IMG/VR virus record: IMGVR_UViG_3300045988_163275
Location: 43,752-107,751 of that record
DNA length: 64,000 nt
DNA from: a virus
Lineage: Duplodnaviria > Heunggongvirae > Uroviricota > Caudoviricetes
Strand: one strand, 5' to 3'
This document shows, piece by piece, positions 41,322 to 51,326 of the stretch; within the stretch, counting starts at the first letter, position 1, and each line of letters opens with the position of its first letter. Made by a program: the position numbers and the translations under genes. The notes beneath the pieces were generated by a model. The model saw nothing but the letters and a program-made list of their open reading frames with translations, ran no database searches and had not been told where the DNA came from.

Positions 41322-41416
41322 GTTTTTTCCTTACTGTTTGTCGTTTGTGGGGTATATCTTATAGAAATATATTAGGCTGTATAGTAAGTAGTTACTTATT
41401 TTTAAGGGTAAAGCTA

Positions 41417-43648
41417 TTACCAAAGAATGATACGAGATAACTCAGTGACGACTGACGGCCCTAACTCTTCAACACTGTTAACCAGTGCGTAATTTTTGTA
41501 GTAACGCCGTGGTTCGTCGGTCAGAATGCCGATAGCCATCAGTTCGATGTCGCTCAAGGTCTCAATTTCTTTGGTGACGGTTCGTAAATGCTGATGGAAT
41601 CCACTACCTGTAGCACATGGCTCCCCATCACTCATAACCAGCATGATCTTTTTGTCCTCCATTCGCCCTGCAAACAGGGTAGCCAGTTGCGCGACACTCT
41701 CACCATCGACGTTATTGAGCAGGGGGAACGTCTCACATACGCATCCCATGCGAGCACGGATCTCTGGAGAGTTTGCTTTCTCATTCCAGTTTTTGATAAT
41801 GGGCAGCATGAGCGCCTCGAAGCGTGTAAACCCGCGCTTCGACCTGGTTTCATAATCTGGGCTACCGAACGTGGTAAAGCCGGTGATGATGTTGGGGACA
41901 TTGATACGATCTAAAGCATCCGCAATGGTATAGGCACTGGCTAGGGCCAGTTGAATCTTCACGCCATCCATTGAGCCGGACAAGTCGATGACCTGCTGGA
42001 CACACGCATTCACCGCTCTATGGTCTTCCTTCTTGCGGAACACTCGGTCGTCGTTCATTGCCAGACGATACAGGCTCGCGCCATGTATCCGCCCACGCCT
42101 CTGACCAGGTATAAACTGAACTCGGTTGCGGCTGGCGATGGCCCGCTCCAGGTCTTTGGCCAGCGTCGAAGAAACGCCTGCAGACAGATGTTTTTCGATT
42201 TTCAGTTCAAAGAGTTTTCTGCCTTCTGGCACCATACGGTAGCGGTCGACTGGTGAGTGCATTGGTATTGCACCGAACGTCTTTCTGGTGCGCTTCACAT
42301 GCTCTTCGGCTCCATCAATCAACCCGATAAAGTCGTATGATCGATCGTATGGCCGATAATCAGAAGGTGAGACGCTCATAAGCTCTTTGCTGATGGTGGC
42401 CGACAGTGCGTCTTCGGTCATTTCACCGATTCCGTCTTCCATCTCGTCGAGCGCCTTTAGCGCCTCCTCCAGAGTCATTTCATCCGGCGCAGGAACAAAG
42501 CCAGACTCACTGTCTTTGGGCACTTCCGCACCATCTTTATTTTTTTTGCCTTCGACGTCTTCTTCTTCAGTTTCCCCACGATCAGTATCGGAGTCCTCAC
42601 CGCCATCACCATCGGTGTCAGAGTCACTTGATTTCATGCCGATAGCATCGGATTCTGGGGTGTCTCCTGACTCTTCGTGGCCTGCTTCTGTATATTTACT
42701 TTCTGTATCACTAATATCTTTAACGTGTGTAGGTAAGTCCTTATCTAACGAATCAGGCAAATCGGAATCCCCAGAATCTTCCTCTTCTGATGCATCATCT
42801 TCTCGTTCTTCCTTGTCATCGCCTTCGCCTTTGGCAGGCTTAGATGCAGAGTCACCATGAGATGGCTCGTCACCTGATTCTGGCGTTTCCTCGGACTCGT
42901 CTTTGCTCTCCGACGGATTTCTGGCAGATGATTTAAGTTCTGGTAATTTGCCCTCTGGCTTGTCTTTCATATCCTGCATGATTTGGGCTATAGCAGCAGC
43001 GACCTTCACGCAATCCTCAGTGTTCGACATATTGCGAACGGCCACGTCTATACCATGCTCCTTTAGTAAGGCTACCGGCCTCTCGATAAGGCGCCAGTGT
43101 TCTTCCATAAAATCGATGAAGGGGCTTTGTCCATCCCAGGCGCGGACGACCGGGCAAAGGAAGAATTTCAAAAACAATTCACGCTGGTCTCCGTGACAGG
43201 CTAAAACCGCTTCTGGTACTTTATTCCTGAAGTATTTGTCGATAACCAGACTCTGTGTTGCAAGTAAATTACGCCGGGTTCCGTTAAAGACCTGCCCCAT
43301 TCTGCGTTCAATAAAAACGTCTTCCAGCGCATTCCAAAGCCCCGTAGACGGAGCCTTTCCTCTTTCGCGCATCTGCATTGCGACTTTCGGTTCAGTAAAG
43401 AGAATATGGGCCACCTCATGGTCGAGAAAACCACGCACTGCGTTCATGAGGGTTGGCGACGCGTCGTCCGGTATAGATGGGATGTTTACCAGCACTGGTT
43501 CGCCGCGCCGGTTATAGCGGACATATGCTTCATTGCCTCGTTCTGCAACAGGTATCTGTTTACCTGAAAGCATCGCTACAACTCGTTTTACACAGTCGCG
43601 AAAATCCTGCACCTCTTTCAGTACAGCTTTGGTGGTTTTTTTGGACAT
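41417..43648 (-). CDS. von Willebrand factor A domain protein (CobT-like partner of the AAA+ ATPase), with long acidic central region
   Basis: C-terminal MIDAS motif VIDLSGSMDG; acidic Asp/Glu/Ser-rich linker; start placed at MSKKTTKAV ATG 43646-43648 with AAGGGA RBS. Confidence 0.65.
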   Translation of the reverse strand: MSKKTTKAVLKEVQDFRDCVKRVVAMLSGKQIPVAERGNEAYVRYNRRGEPVLVNIPSIPDDASPTLMNAVRGFLDHEVAHILFTEPKVAMQMRERGKAPSTGLWNALEDVFIERRMGQVFNGTRRNLLATQSLVIDKYFRNKVPEAVLACHGDQRELFLKFFLCPVVRAWDGQSPFIDFMEEHWRLIERPVALLKEHGIDVAVRNMSNTEDCVKVAAAIAQIMQDMKDKPEGKLPELKSSARNPSESKDESEETPESGDEPSHGDSASKPAKGEGDDKEEREDDASEEEDSGDSDLPDSLDKDLPTHVKDISDTESKYTEAGHEESGDTPESDAIGMKSSDSDTDGDGGEDSDTDRGETEEEDVEGKKNKDGAEVPKDSESGFVPAPDEMTLEEALKALDEMEDGIGEMTEDALSATISKELMSVSPSDYRPYDRSYDFIGLIDGAEEHVKRTRKTFGAIPMHSPVDRYRMVPEGRKLFELKIEKHLSAGVSSTLAKDLERAIASRNRVQFIPGQRRGRIHGASLYRLAMNDDRVFRKKEDHRAVNACVQQVIDLSGSMDGVKIQLALASAYTIADALDRINVPNIITGFTTFGSPDYETRSKRGFTRFEALMLPIIKNWNEKANSPEIRARMGCVCETFPLLNNVDGESVAQLATLFAGRMEDKKIMLVMSDGEPCATGSGFHQHLRTVTKEIETLSDIELMAIGILTDEPRRYYKNYALVNSVEELGPSVVTELSRIILW

Positions 43649-43655
43649 TAGAATT

Positions 43656-43673
43656 CCCTTGTTGTTAAAACAA
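43656..43673. promoter_or_regulatory. class-2 palindromic motif upstream of VWA/CobT-like gene
   Basis: ttaaaacaatttgttttct immediately 5' of RBS. Confidence 0.45.
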
Positions 43674-43760
43674 TTTGTTTTCTGATGTGCGTAATTTATC
43701 ACTGTACGAACAGGCATCTAATCTGTTCGTACAGGCGCTAGAGAGGATGGGAGGGGGGTG

Positions 43761-43973
43761 TTAAATTGTGCGGACGGCTACTGAACCGCAGCCGGTATTG
43801 ATGAGAGTGAAGCACTTGCCCTTTAGCTCAAAGATGTATGCGGTTGCGTCTTTCATGCCAAGTAACAAAGACTTTGTTGGCAGTTCAGTGAGTATGGCTG
43901 CTGCCCCGTCAGCGTCAATTGAAACCGTATGTCCGACCTTAAGGGCGATCAAATTAGAAGTTATTTTTTTCAT
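43761..43973 (-). CDS. hypothetical small protein
   Basis: 70-aa ORF. Confidence 0.3.
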   Translation of the reverse strand: MKKITSNLIALKVGHTVSIDADGAAAILTELPTKSLLLGMKDATAYIFELKGKCFTLINTGCGSVAVRTI

Positions 43974-44229
43974 TTCATATCATCCAACTGAACACGTAAA
44001 TGCCTTGCAATACTACTACCTATTGTATCAATACGGAATACTTATATATCAAATACAACTTAGTTTTAAGTTCTTAAATGAGTTGTTTTTTAGATAGTTG
44101 TCTATTAATGAAGCCTTTTGCGGTCAATAACTCTACGAAAAAAAATAGATAAGTCTTTACAACACTAACCTTTGATGTAATATCAGTAAGCACTTACCAT
44201 ATAAAATCAAAACACGCAGGTTGATAATT

Positions 44230-44619
44230 ATGGCTACCAACGAAATAACAGAAGCTAAAGTAGGTCGCTATGCTGCTTACATTGACGCTTTAATCGCGAT
44301 TTCTCCGAAAAGCCAGGCGACCATCGCGAAAGAAGCAGGCTATAAAAATCCTAACAATCTTTCACTTATCAAGAGCGGCAAAATCCCGCTTCCGATCGAC
44401 AAGGTCAGAGCGTTGGCTAAAGCATTGGATGCCGATTCGGTCCGATTGATGCTAATGGTGCTGGAAGAGCGTCATCCAGAGCTGTTAGCGTTTTTTCGCG
44501 ACGAAGGCACAGCCCCTCTGACTAAAGATGAAAAACTAGTTCTGGAAGCCTTCCGTCGACGTTTCGGTGACCAACGTGGTGCGTCGGAGCGGGTTGTTGA
44601 GGCAATCAAGTCGCTATGA
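44230..44619 (+). CDS. HTH DNA-binding protein (XRE-like)
   Basis: SQATIAKEAGYKNPNNLSLIKSG helix-turn-helix pattern; divergent from integrase gene. Confidence 0.5.
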   Translation: MATNEITEAKVGRYAAYIDALIAISPKSQATIAKEAGYKNPNNLSLIKSGKIPLPIDKVRALAKALDADSVRLMLMVLEERHPELLAFFRDEGTAPLTKDEKLVLEAFRRRFGDQRGASERVVEAIKSL

Positions 44620-45717
44620 GAAATTTACACGGATTAGCTCAGTAGCGAGTCGATCTCCCTTGAACTTATGATCTATCTCCTCTAAATCCTGTTTCTCTAC
44701 GATTGATGCGATGTACGCCGAAAAACTGTTTAAGGCGTCTCGCATCTCGTCTATATAATCGTGTCGATCGTATACTCGATCTATCCCCTCAAGACTGTGG
44801 TTCATAATTTTGCGGGATACCTCCTGACTTATGCCTAACGCGGGGAAGTAACTACGCGCAGTACGACGCAAATCTCGGGGGGTAAATGGCTCAAGCTCCA
44901 TCAACTCTGGACGTTCTAAAATCCTTCTCAACGCCTGTGATATGGCCACCTTAGACATTGGCACATCCTCACCCTGTTTCTTGTTTGAAGGAACAAGCCA
45001 CTGGCTGCCTTTTCCGTATTTGATCAGCTCCTCAACACATTTGCGCATTAGCGGGCTTAATGGTAACGAGTGCTGGCGAGCCGATTTATTCCTCGTTCCT
45101 TGATTCCATAAATTATATTCGAGGTTGAATTCTGATCTTTTAGCTCGGAGCACTTCATCTGGTCGTCTGGCCGCTACAAGGCATAATCTGGCCGCCCACT
45201 TTGTACCCTCACATACGTTGAAGTAGTCCCATACATTCCAAAAGACCCAGACCTCTGCGTCGGTCAGTTTGCGCTCGCGCGGCGTGGGCTTCGCGCCACC
45301 GGCTACTCTGTTAAGCGACATATCGTTCAATGGGGATGTATCAATTAAGCCCTGAAATGCACACCAACTGAGAAACTGCTTCATCAGCGAGAACACACGT
45401 CTGCCCTGGACGATCTTACCTTCCAGTATCAGTGGGTTCACCAGCTGGTTGACCAAGACCCTACTTATATCACTTACCTTTACATCAGAGATATGCGGCA
45501 TTACATGTATCAAAACACAATGAACGGCTATTTCAGGTCGACGCCTCGTTATCAGTAAAGATAAGCGAGTGAATAACATGAAGGCAGAAGAAAACGACAT
45601 GTCTCCGTCGAATTTGGCGGTCGACACTGCCGACAAACCGGAAGCGCGTTCGAGGTACTCGATGGCTTCCCGAGAGGTATTTTCTGCTGCGCGTGCTTTA
45701 TCAAAGGTGTTTTTCAT
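44614..45717 (-). CDS. tyrosine recombinase / integrase-like protein (N-terminus atypical)
   Basis: C-terminal catalytic region FTPRDLRRTARSYF...NHS...RVYDRHDY; first about 70 aa do not resemble an integrase arm domain. Confidence 0.6.
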   Translation of the reverse strand: MKNTFDKARAAENTSREAIEYLERASGLSAVSTAKFDGDMSFSSAFMLFTRLSLLITRRRPEIAVHCVLIHVMPHISDVKVSDISRVLVNQLVNPLILEGKIVQGRRVFSLMKQFLSWCAFQGLIDTSPLNDMSLNRVAGGAKPTPRERKLTDAEVWVFWNVWDYFNVCEGTKWAARLCLVAARRPDEVLRAKRSEFNLEYNLWNQGTRNKSARQHSLPLSPLMRKCVEELIKYGKGSQWLVPSNKKQGEDVPMSKVAISQALRRILERPELMELEPFTPRDLRRTARSYFPALGISQEVSRKIMNHSLEGIDRVYDRHDYIDEMRDALNSFSAYIASIVEKQDLEEIDHKFKGDRLATELIRVNFS

Positions 45718-45889
45718 CGTCCACTCACTGAGTGAAGCCTTTTACTGTATATATAAACAGTATATTAGGCATAAGTTTTTGTATGATCAACCATAAAATA
45801 GCCTGTTTTATACAATGATTCCATACTTAATAGGTATGGAATCATTTAAGGACGGAAATTTAAATTCTGAGATTTTATTAGCGTGATTG

Positions 45890-46300
45890 TCACGGATTAG
45901 TGAGAGCTTGAAATGCGGCGGCGTATGCAGCGATATCGGCCATAATTTTTGGATCTTTCGCAAACTGATGTGCGTTGTTAGGGAAGATTGCCAATAGGCT
46001 ATACACATCTTGGAAATGTGCATGTTGACTGTAAACGAGTGCGCGGTCGCTTGTGCAATTGAATCTGTTGCGGCTGCTGGTTCGTTCTTGCTTCGTGAGC
46101 AAGAGATGAACGTGATAAACGCGGGAGGACACAATAGCACCCGGAGCCGTATACGGGCCATCTTTCCCGAATACGGTTGGGTACATGCCTTGTTTAAGCG
46201 ACGTGAAATCGTTGAGTAACGTGATCTTTAAATCAGGCTTTATATCGAAGGTCGGCTGTAAAAATTGGGCGTAACTATCACTGTTCCATGTGACCTTCAT
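45890..46300 (-). CDS. hypothetical protein (possible toxin-like, unverified)
   Basis: 136-aa ORF; weak impression of YafO-type toxin from memory only. Confidence 0.3.
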   Translation of the reverse strand: MKVTWNSDSYAQFLQPTFDIKPDLKITLLNDFTSLKQGMYPTVFGKDGPYTAPGAIVSSRVYHVHLLLTKQERTSSRNRFNCTSDRALVYSQHAHFQDVYSLLAIFPNNAHQFAKDPKIMADIAAYAAAFQALTNP

Positions 46301-46309
46301 CGATCAACC

Positions 46310-46918
46310 TCAATGGAATGAGAAGTTGGCGAAGACGTCCTCATCGATGAGGCCAGTCTGCGATTCGATGACGTCTACGTCGTTAAAACACTGATTTAAA
46401 ATCAATAGCAGATCAGAGATAGCCAAACGATACTCAGTTACAGAATCGCTCAGGCGTTTCAAGTAGGGATGAGGTTGCTCAGAGTCACGAATCAACTTGT
46501 TAACGAATCCCTCCAAACCACGAATGGTCAGGTCAACGTTCTTCAATTCTTCGTAACGGCTTTCACCGAAGCTGGTGCGAATCTTTTCCGCTTTCCATCC
46601 AGAGATGGCATGAGCCAGGCGAACGTGTTTCGCCGTCAATTCTGCGAGCTTGCTTTCGATCTCCGCCAGCTGCGCCGCATCGCTGTTCTCTTGAACAGGT
46701 ATACCTGCGGTTCTCACATAGGCTTGTTCTTTGAATCCAGCAAATTTCGCAGAGTGCTTCACCGTGCCACGGAAGCGTCGATAGCCAAGCGGCTCAATAA
46801 AGGCACGCCCAAATTTAGCTTTAGGCTTTGCAGTTGAAAAGCGCGAGGCGTTAGAGGTCACAGTAGCAAGGGCATTGCTAATGACACTCATATCTTCCAG
46901 GCAATTTTCTAAACGCAT
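46310..46918 (-). CDS. hypothetical protein
   Basis: 202-aa ORF. Confidence 0.45.
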   Translation of the reverse strand: MRLENCLEDMSVISNALATVTSNASRFSTAKPKAKFGRAFIEPLGYRRFRGTVKHSAKFAGFKEQAYVRTAGIPVQENSDAAQLAEIESKLAELTAKHVRLAHAISGWKAEKIRTSFGESRYEELKNVDLTIRGLEGFVNKLIRDSEQPHPYLKRLSDSVTEYRLAISDLLLILNQCFNDVDVIESQTGLIDEDVFANFSFH

Positions 46919-47013
46919 AAAACCTCTTAACTACTCAATGGCTCGTAACTAAGTGTACGCTGTGTTGATGAAAGCGACAAATAATAAACGGCCCCAAAAG
47001 GAGCCGTATTGTA

Positions 47014-47262
47014 TTACAGAGTGCTCGCAAAAGCAGCAAATTCTGTATAGCCGCCGATAGGATCACCATTAACGAACACCTGCGGTATGGTTTCCACCGG
47101 TTTGCCAACCAGGTCGCTCAACTTCTCTTTGTCGATGCCGGCAGACACAATATCGATGTATTCGTAATCGCCAAAGCCGTGGCCGTGCAGCTGCTTCGCC
47201 AGCTCGACCGCACGTTTGCAGTATGAGCAATTATCGCGTCCGTAGATAACGACCTTCATCAC
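47014..47262 (-). CDS. glutaredoxin-like protein
   Basis: VVIYGRDNCSYCKRA CxxC thioredoxin-fold motif. Confidence 0.75.
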   Translation of the reverse strand: MMKVVIYGRDNCSYCKRAVELAKQLHGHGFGDYEYIDIVSAGIDKEKLSDLVGKPVETIPQVFVNGDPIGGYTEFAAFASTL

Positions 47263-47879
47263 TTCGCCTCGTGCAGCTGCTGCTTGAGAAGATAGCCTTC
47301 CAGCGGCCAGATTTTGGCAATCGCGTTCTGACGTGTAATTTTACGCCCGATCTCCGGGTCAAAGTTCTCCGGGCTGGCGCACGCAGACTCGCCGGTTACG
47401 GTAAAGCCGTTCTTGGCCACCTCTGGCTTTAAGCAATATTCAAGGAATGAGCCACCCAAACGCTTCTGTAGCACGTCATAGACGGGCCGGAAGAACGGAG
47501 CGAACTTCTCGCTCATGTCGCCCGGAAGGAAGCCCAGATCTTCTTCTGCTTGCAATACCGGACGCGTCACGATGATCTTCCCGACTTCCTTATCCAGCAG
47601 ACGCTGCGCTGCGACGGCAGCAGCCAGGTAGGTTTTGCCGCAGCCGGCTTCACCAGTGGCGAACGTCAGAGATTTGGTGTCGAGGGAGATAAGATAGTGG
47701 GCCTGGGCCTCGTTTCGCGCTTCGATGGGAGAGTTGTCGCGTTTAGGTTTTGGTGGCAGAGCAGGGGCGACAGCCAGCTCGTCAACGATGATTGTGTCAA
47801 TTTCGTAGCCGTGGATGCGTGGCTTTGACTTCAGTGCCTGACGAGCTGCGCGACGCGCCTGTTTACGTTTGTTTCCCAT
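47259..47879 (-). CDS. PhoH-like ATPase
   Basis: Walker A GEAGCGKTYLA and PhoH-like downstream blocks; start placed at MGNKRKQ ATG with AAAGGA RBS. Confidence 0.75.
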   Translation of the reverse strand: MGNKRKQARRAARQALKSKPRIHGYEIDTIIVDELAVAPALPPKPKRDNSPIEARNEAQAHYLISLDTKSLTFATGEAGCGKTYLAAAVAAQRLLDKEVGKIIVTRPVLQAEEDLGFLPGDMSEKFAPFFRPVYDVLQKRLGGSFLEYCLKPEVAKNGFTVTGESACASPENFDPEIGRKITRQNAIAKIWPLEGYLLKQQLHEAK

Positions 47880-47926
47880 ATTGAGTCCTTTCAAGTGAGT
47901 AACTGAAAGAACTATACCGACAAATA

Positions 47927-47946
47927 ATAGGTAAGTCATTACCTAT
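47927..47946. promoter_or_regulatory. class-1 palindromic motif ATAGGTAAGTCATTACCTAT upstream of phoH-like gene
   Basis: Same arms as other copies. Confidence 0.45.
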
Positions 47947-47992
47947 TTTTCGTGCATTATCCCTCTACCATGTAGAGGGATATCGTCATGAC

Positions 47993-48805
47993 TCACGGCA
48001 GTTTTGCTCTAATTTCGAGTAATTTCTGTGCCGTTATGCTGATTTCATACGCCAAATCTTGTGTTTGGTTAATGATTCCGTAATAGCGCTCAACCTGATC
48101 AGGATAAAAACGTCTGATATGGGGGATATCGATATAATCATAATACCCAAGCCCTCCAGCAGAATGTTCTCTGAACAGCGCCCAAAAGTTGTTCACTTTC
48201 CCGACCAACTCCATACGGATTGTTTCTAAAACAACATCATTGAAGCTGTAAAAGGGGTTATGGGCAATATTATCAAATGCGTAGAGAGGGTCGGTAATGT
48301 CGGTGCTAACTTTTGCCCGGAACTGTTCGCTCTTCAGAATTTGGAGGTAGTTGTAATTAAAAATATCAGTAATGGCTTTTAAAACACCGACATCTCTTTC
48401 TGAGTAATTGTTCTGACTCACCTGGTGCGTCATCTGAAGCAGAAGAGATTGTTGAGTTTCGGCCAGCTGCTTCCAGTTTTTCAATTGCTCAACGGAATAG
48501 ATAGTGTAGTCAGAGTCAATGAGTGCGCCATGTGAACGACACATCCATATACCGTTATCAATCGAGCTTCGCTGTTCTGGGGTCAAGCTAGGATCATATC
48601 TCGGTCCACCCGGCGCTGCTGCTGTAATATGTGCCGCGATACCATTATTAATCCTGCCGTTTGTATCACTGCTATCTGGGCCGACTGTTACCTGGTTGCA
48701 TCCAAGAAAAGAGCACTTCCAGCCTACGCGTTCGGCTAGTGTTCGCTTCACCGATGGAGAAAAATCATCTCTGTTACTCACGTTTACCTCGCTGTGTTTA
48801 AACAA
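47993..48805 (-). CDS. HNH nuclease domain protein (N-terminal HNH, C-terminal unknown)
   Basis: CSFLGC...AHITAAAPGGPRYDPSLTPEQRSSIDNGIWMCRSHGALID HNH-like pattern. Confidence 0.45.
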   Translation of the reverse strand: MFKHSEVNVSNRDDFSPSVKRTLAERVGWKCSFLGCNQVTVGPDSSDTNGRINNGIAAHITAAAPGGPRYDPSLTPEQRSSIDNGIWMCRSHGALIDSDYTIYSVEQLKNWKQLAETQQSLLLQMTHQVSQNNYSERDVGVLKAITDIFNYNYLQILKSEQFRAKVSTDITDPLYAFDNIAHNPFYSFNDVVLETIRMELVGKVNNFWALFREHSAGGLGYYDYIDIPHIRRFYPDQVERYYGIINQTQDLAYEISITAQKLLEIRAKLP

Positions 48806-48820
48806 TCTTATGGCTATTTG

Positions 48821-49375
48821 TTAGTGGCGTTTATCTTCTTCCAGACGAGCCGTTTTTAATTGTTTATCGGTAAAGGTAAGCAACGTTACGCCCTCTTTTT
48901 CGTTCAAAAGGCCTGCACCGTTAATCACCATTACTAACCGATCCTTCCCTCGATAGACTTCATAATACTTGCCCGCACCACAGGTCTTTGTCTCAATACA
49001 GTCCATACCAGATATAGCTTCTTGGTCGAAAATTCTGTCTTTCGTTGCTACCGGTTTTCCGTACTCCTTTGTCAGCATTTCACCGATCTGCATGAACGTA
49101 TACTTGCCGACATTTGTCGTTAAAGACGATTCAACCTTTCCATCAATGAGATTGCCATACGTATGCGGTTCCTGCTCCTTCGGTGCATTTTTATCTTGAA
49201 GTGCGAAGGCTTCAATATTGGGTGTTTGCTCTTGGAACTGGGCTTTATAGTTCTGTGCAAGATCGCTTTTATCTCTACCTATTAAGGTGATTTTGTCGAT
49301 CTCCGACTCGTTACATCCCGTCAGAGCGAACGCGATCACCAGAGATGCGAGAATATTGAGGTTGCGCTTTTTCAT
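48821..49375 (-). CDS. lipoprotein
   Basis: Signal peptide with lipobox MKKRNLNILASLVIAFALTGC. Confidence 0.6.
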   Translation of the reverse strand: MKKRNLNILASLVIAFALTGCNESEIDKITLIGRDKSDLAQNYKAQFQEQTPNIEAFALQDKNAPKEQEPHTYGNLIDGKVESSLTTNVGKYTFMQIGEMLTKEYGKPVATKDRIFDQEAISGMDCIETKTCGAGKYYEVYRGKDRLVMVINGAGLLNEKEGVTLLTFTDKQLKTARLEEDKRH

Positions 49376-49502
49376 TGGCTTATCTCCATGTTTTACTGCC
49401 ACATCCTATCACCCACATGCAGGCAGTCTAATGCTGCCGTTGCTAAATGAAGGCCCAAAGGTGGTAAAACCATACGTGGAAATATTCTGGAGTCAACCCA
49501 GC

Positions 49503-49530
49503 AAAAAAGGGGCCGAAGCCCCTTTGATTT
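49503..49530 (-). terminator. rho-independent terminator downstream of tRNA
   Basis: GGGGC cgaa GCCCC hairpin with TTTTTT on minus strand. Confidence 0.6.
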
Positions 49531-49677
49531 TTGCGCTAAAAAGTGTTGGTACAATGCTAAGAAGCAATGGTTAAGAACGTCTGCCGTGTCTATCACAGCG
49601 CTGAACGGTCTGGCGACATTTGCGGAGTCTTTCCGTTCGGACGGTGGTGGCGAACTCCAAACCGTTCAGCGCTATGT

Positions 49678-49752
49678 TGGCGATGGTGGGTGGACTCGAA
49701 CCACCGACCAGTTGATTAACAGTCAACCGCTCTACCACTGAGCTACACCATC
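49678..49752 (-). tRNA. tRNA-Asn (anticodon GTT), CCA encoded
   Basis: Cloverleaf by hand: acceptor GATGGTG/CACCATC, D-stem GCTC/GAGC, anticodon stem GTTGA/TCAAC with loop CTGTTAA, T-arm GGTGG TTCGAGT CCACC, discriminator G then CCA. Confidence 0.85.
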
Positions 49753-50500
49753 ATTTTTCGCGGCGGTACTTGTTCATGGACAACCAGGCAACCAAGAACT
49801 TTCCCGCAACTTGCACTTTACGTTAGTGCCAGACGAGGCTTGTGGCTCGCTCACATAGAGCGAAGATCTGGAATCCTTCTCGGCTGTTGATGGCCGCCAG
49901 ACTCTTCGATCTTATTGGATGTATGGAATCATCCATGTTGTGAAACCAGGGGCTACATAGGCAACAATGATTTCACCAGAGGGTTAAAGAATCCTGCTTT
50001 CACAACGTTGAGGCCACTGAACCGATTTATGTTCGACCCAACATATTGATCAGTCACTACAGCTCTGTGGAATCACCTGTATGATTAAAAGAAAAACAGT
50101 GACCTCAACGTTGTGCGCTGGCTAACCAAGCCAGCCGGGTTACGTCGCCGCTTTTAACCCAAGATTAAACGACATAAGTAATGGAAATGACGTAACAGGA
50201 TGGACGGTCAGCTGGCTGAAACCGGGATGATGGAATGGAATGAGGAAACCAACCGCCCATCCTGTTACTTCATCGAATAGGGCATGGGTGGTGCAACATG
50301 CCCTATCCTGCGTTCTGCAATCACACTCGCTCAGTGTGTCCCATTTCGGTGACGAGGCTGGAAACTGACCTCGCTGGTGTTTGGCTTCTTAGGCTACTGC
50401 CAGGTATGCATCTTCGTTTGCAGTTATATTTAACGTTCAAACAGTCGCATCTCAACGAAAACAAAGTGATCTTATACATATTAGATAAGTAAGTAAATAC

Positions 50501-50806
50501 TTATCTATCTGTAATGCGTTTAGTTGCTATCTTTTTGATCAGGCTCCCCTTTTGTTCCGGAGTTCTCGTGATGATGGCGGTAAAACGCTTCGCTTGAATA
50601 GTGATAGTTTCGTTTTCCTTGAGTTCGCCGTAATGCGTCTCTAACAGGGACCCCAGACGCCACAGACCGTCGTCTATGCGTTTATGGCTGGCGAATCTTA
50701 TCAGCAGTAGCTTTACGATTAACTGACCAACGTAAAAGGCAAATCCGAAGCCGGCCGCAACAAGGTAGGTTGCCAGCCACCAGTCGAAGGAAGTCAAATT
50801 GCTCAT
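50501..50806 (-). CDS. hypothetical membrane protein
   Basis: N-terminal hydrophobic segment WWLATYLVAAGFGFAFYVGQLIV. Confidence 0.35.
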   Translation of the reverse strand: MSNLTSFDWWLATYLVAAGFGFAFYVGQLIVKLLLIRFASHKRIDDGLWRLGSLLETHYGELKENETITIQAKRFTAIITRTPEQKGSLIKKIATKRITDR

Positions 50807-51326
50807 TTTCGCACTCCCGTCTCGTGAACAACCCGATACACACGCTTACCGACACGAAGTGTTTTGGTTTTCAGTTCCTGCTGGACCAGGGCGCGGCAGA
50901 TTGCGAGGCCGAGACCCACGCCACCAGTGAATGATAAAATGATGTATGGAATCATCAGTATGCCCCCGCCTCAGTCAATTGCTGCAACAACAAATAACCT
51001 TTTTCAGTCAGTTGATAGTTCTCAATACATCCCTTTGGAGAAACGTTGGCGACAAGATTCATGCGCTCCAGTTTGGCTCTGGTCTTCGGCTTCCAGTTGG
51101 CATAGAACTCCTTCCACTTGCTAATTTCACGCAGGGTTTCCTTCTCTCGTTTACTTAACATGATCATCCTTAATCTCCTTCAGTGTGTCCGTGATATCTA
51201 CTATGCGATAAATACGACCTCGCCTTTGCATGACACCGGCTTTTACGTAATCGTGGATACAGCTGGACATAACCAGACTTCCGATAACAATGCCGACGAC
51301 TAAAAATACAAACATCCAGCCGAGCA

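Noticed and set aside
43649-43717. Long N-terminal extensions in the ORF track (CobT-like 43717, PhoH-like 47939, SbcC-like 15021, lipoprotein 49402, primase 55345, methylase 25078, Res 27108)
   Set aside because: Internal ATG codons with good ribosome-binding sites give starts consistent with homolog N-termini; the upstream extensions use GTG/TTG or lack an RBS.
45890-46300. Calling the 136-aa ORF a YafO-family toxin
   Set aside because: The resemblance rests only on my imperfect memory of the YafO sequence and the upstream 202-aa gene is not antitoxin-like; left as hypothetical.
49780-50500. Additional tRNA genes near tRNA-Asn
   Set aside because: No further cloverleaf or T-loop (GTTCGAnTC with flanking stems) could be built by hand; only one tRNA is supported. 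A tRNA scan should still be run.
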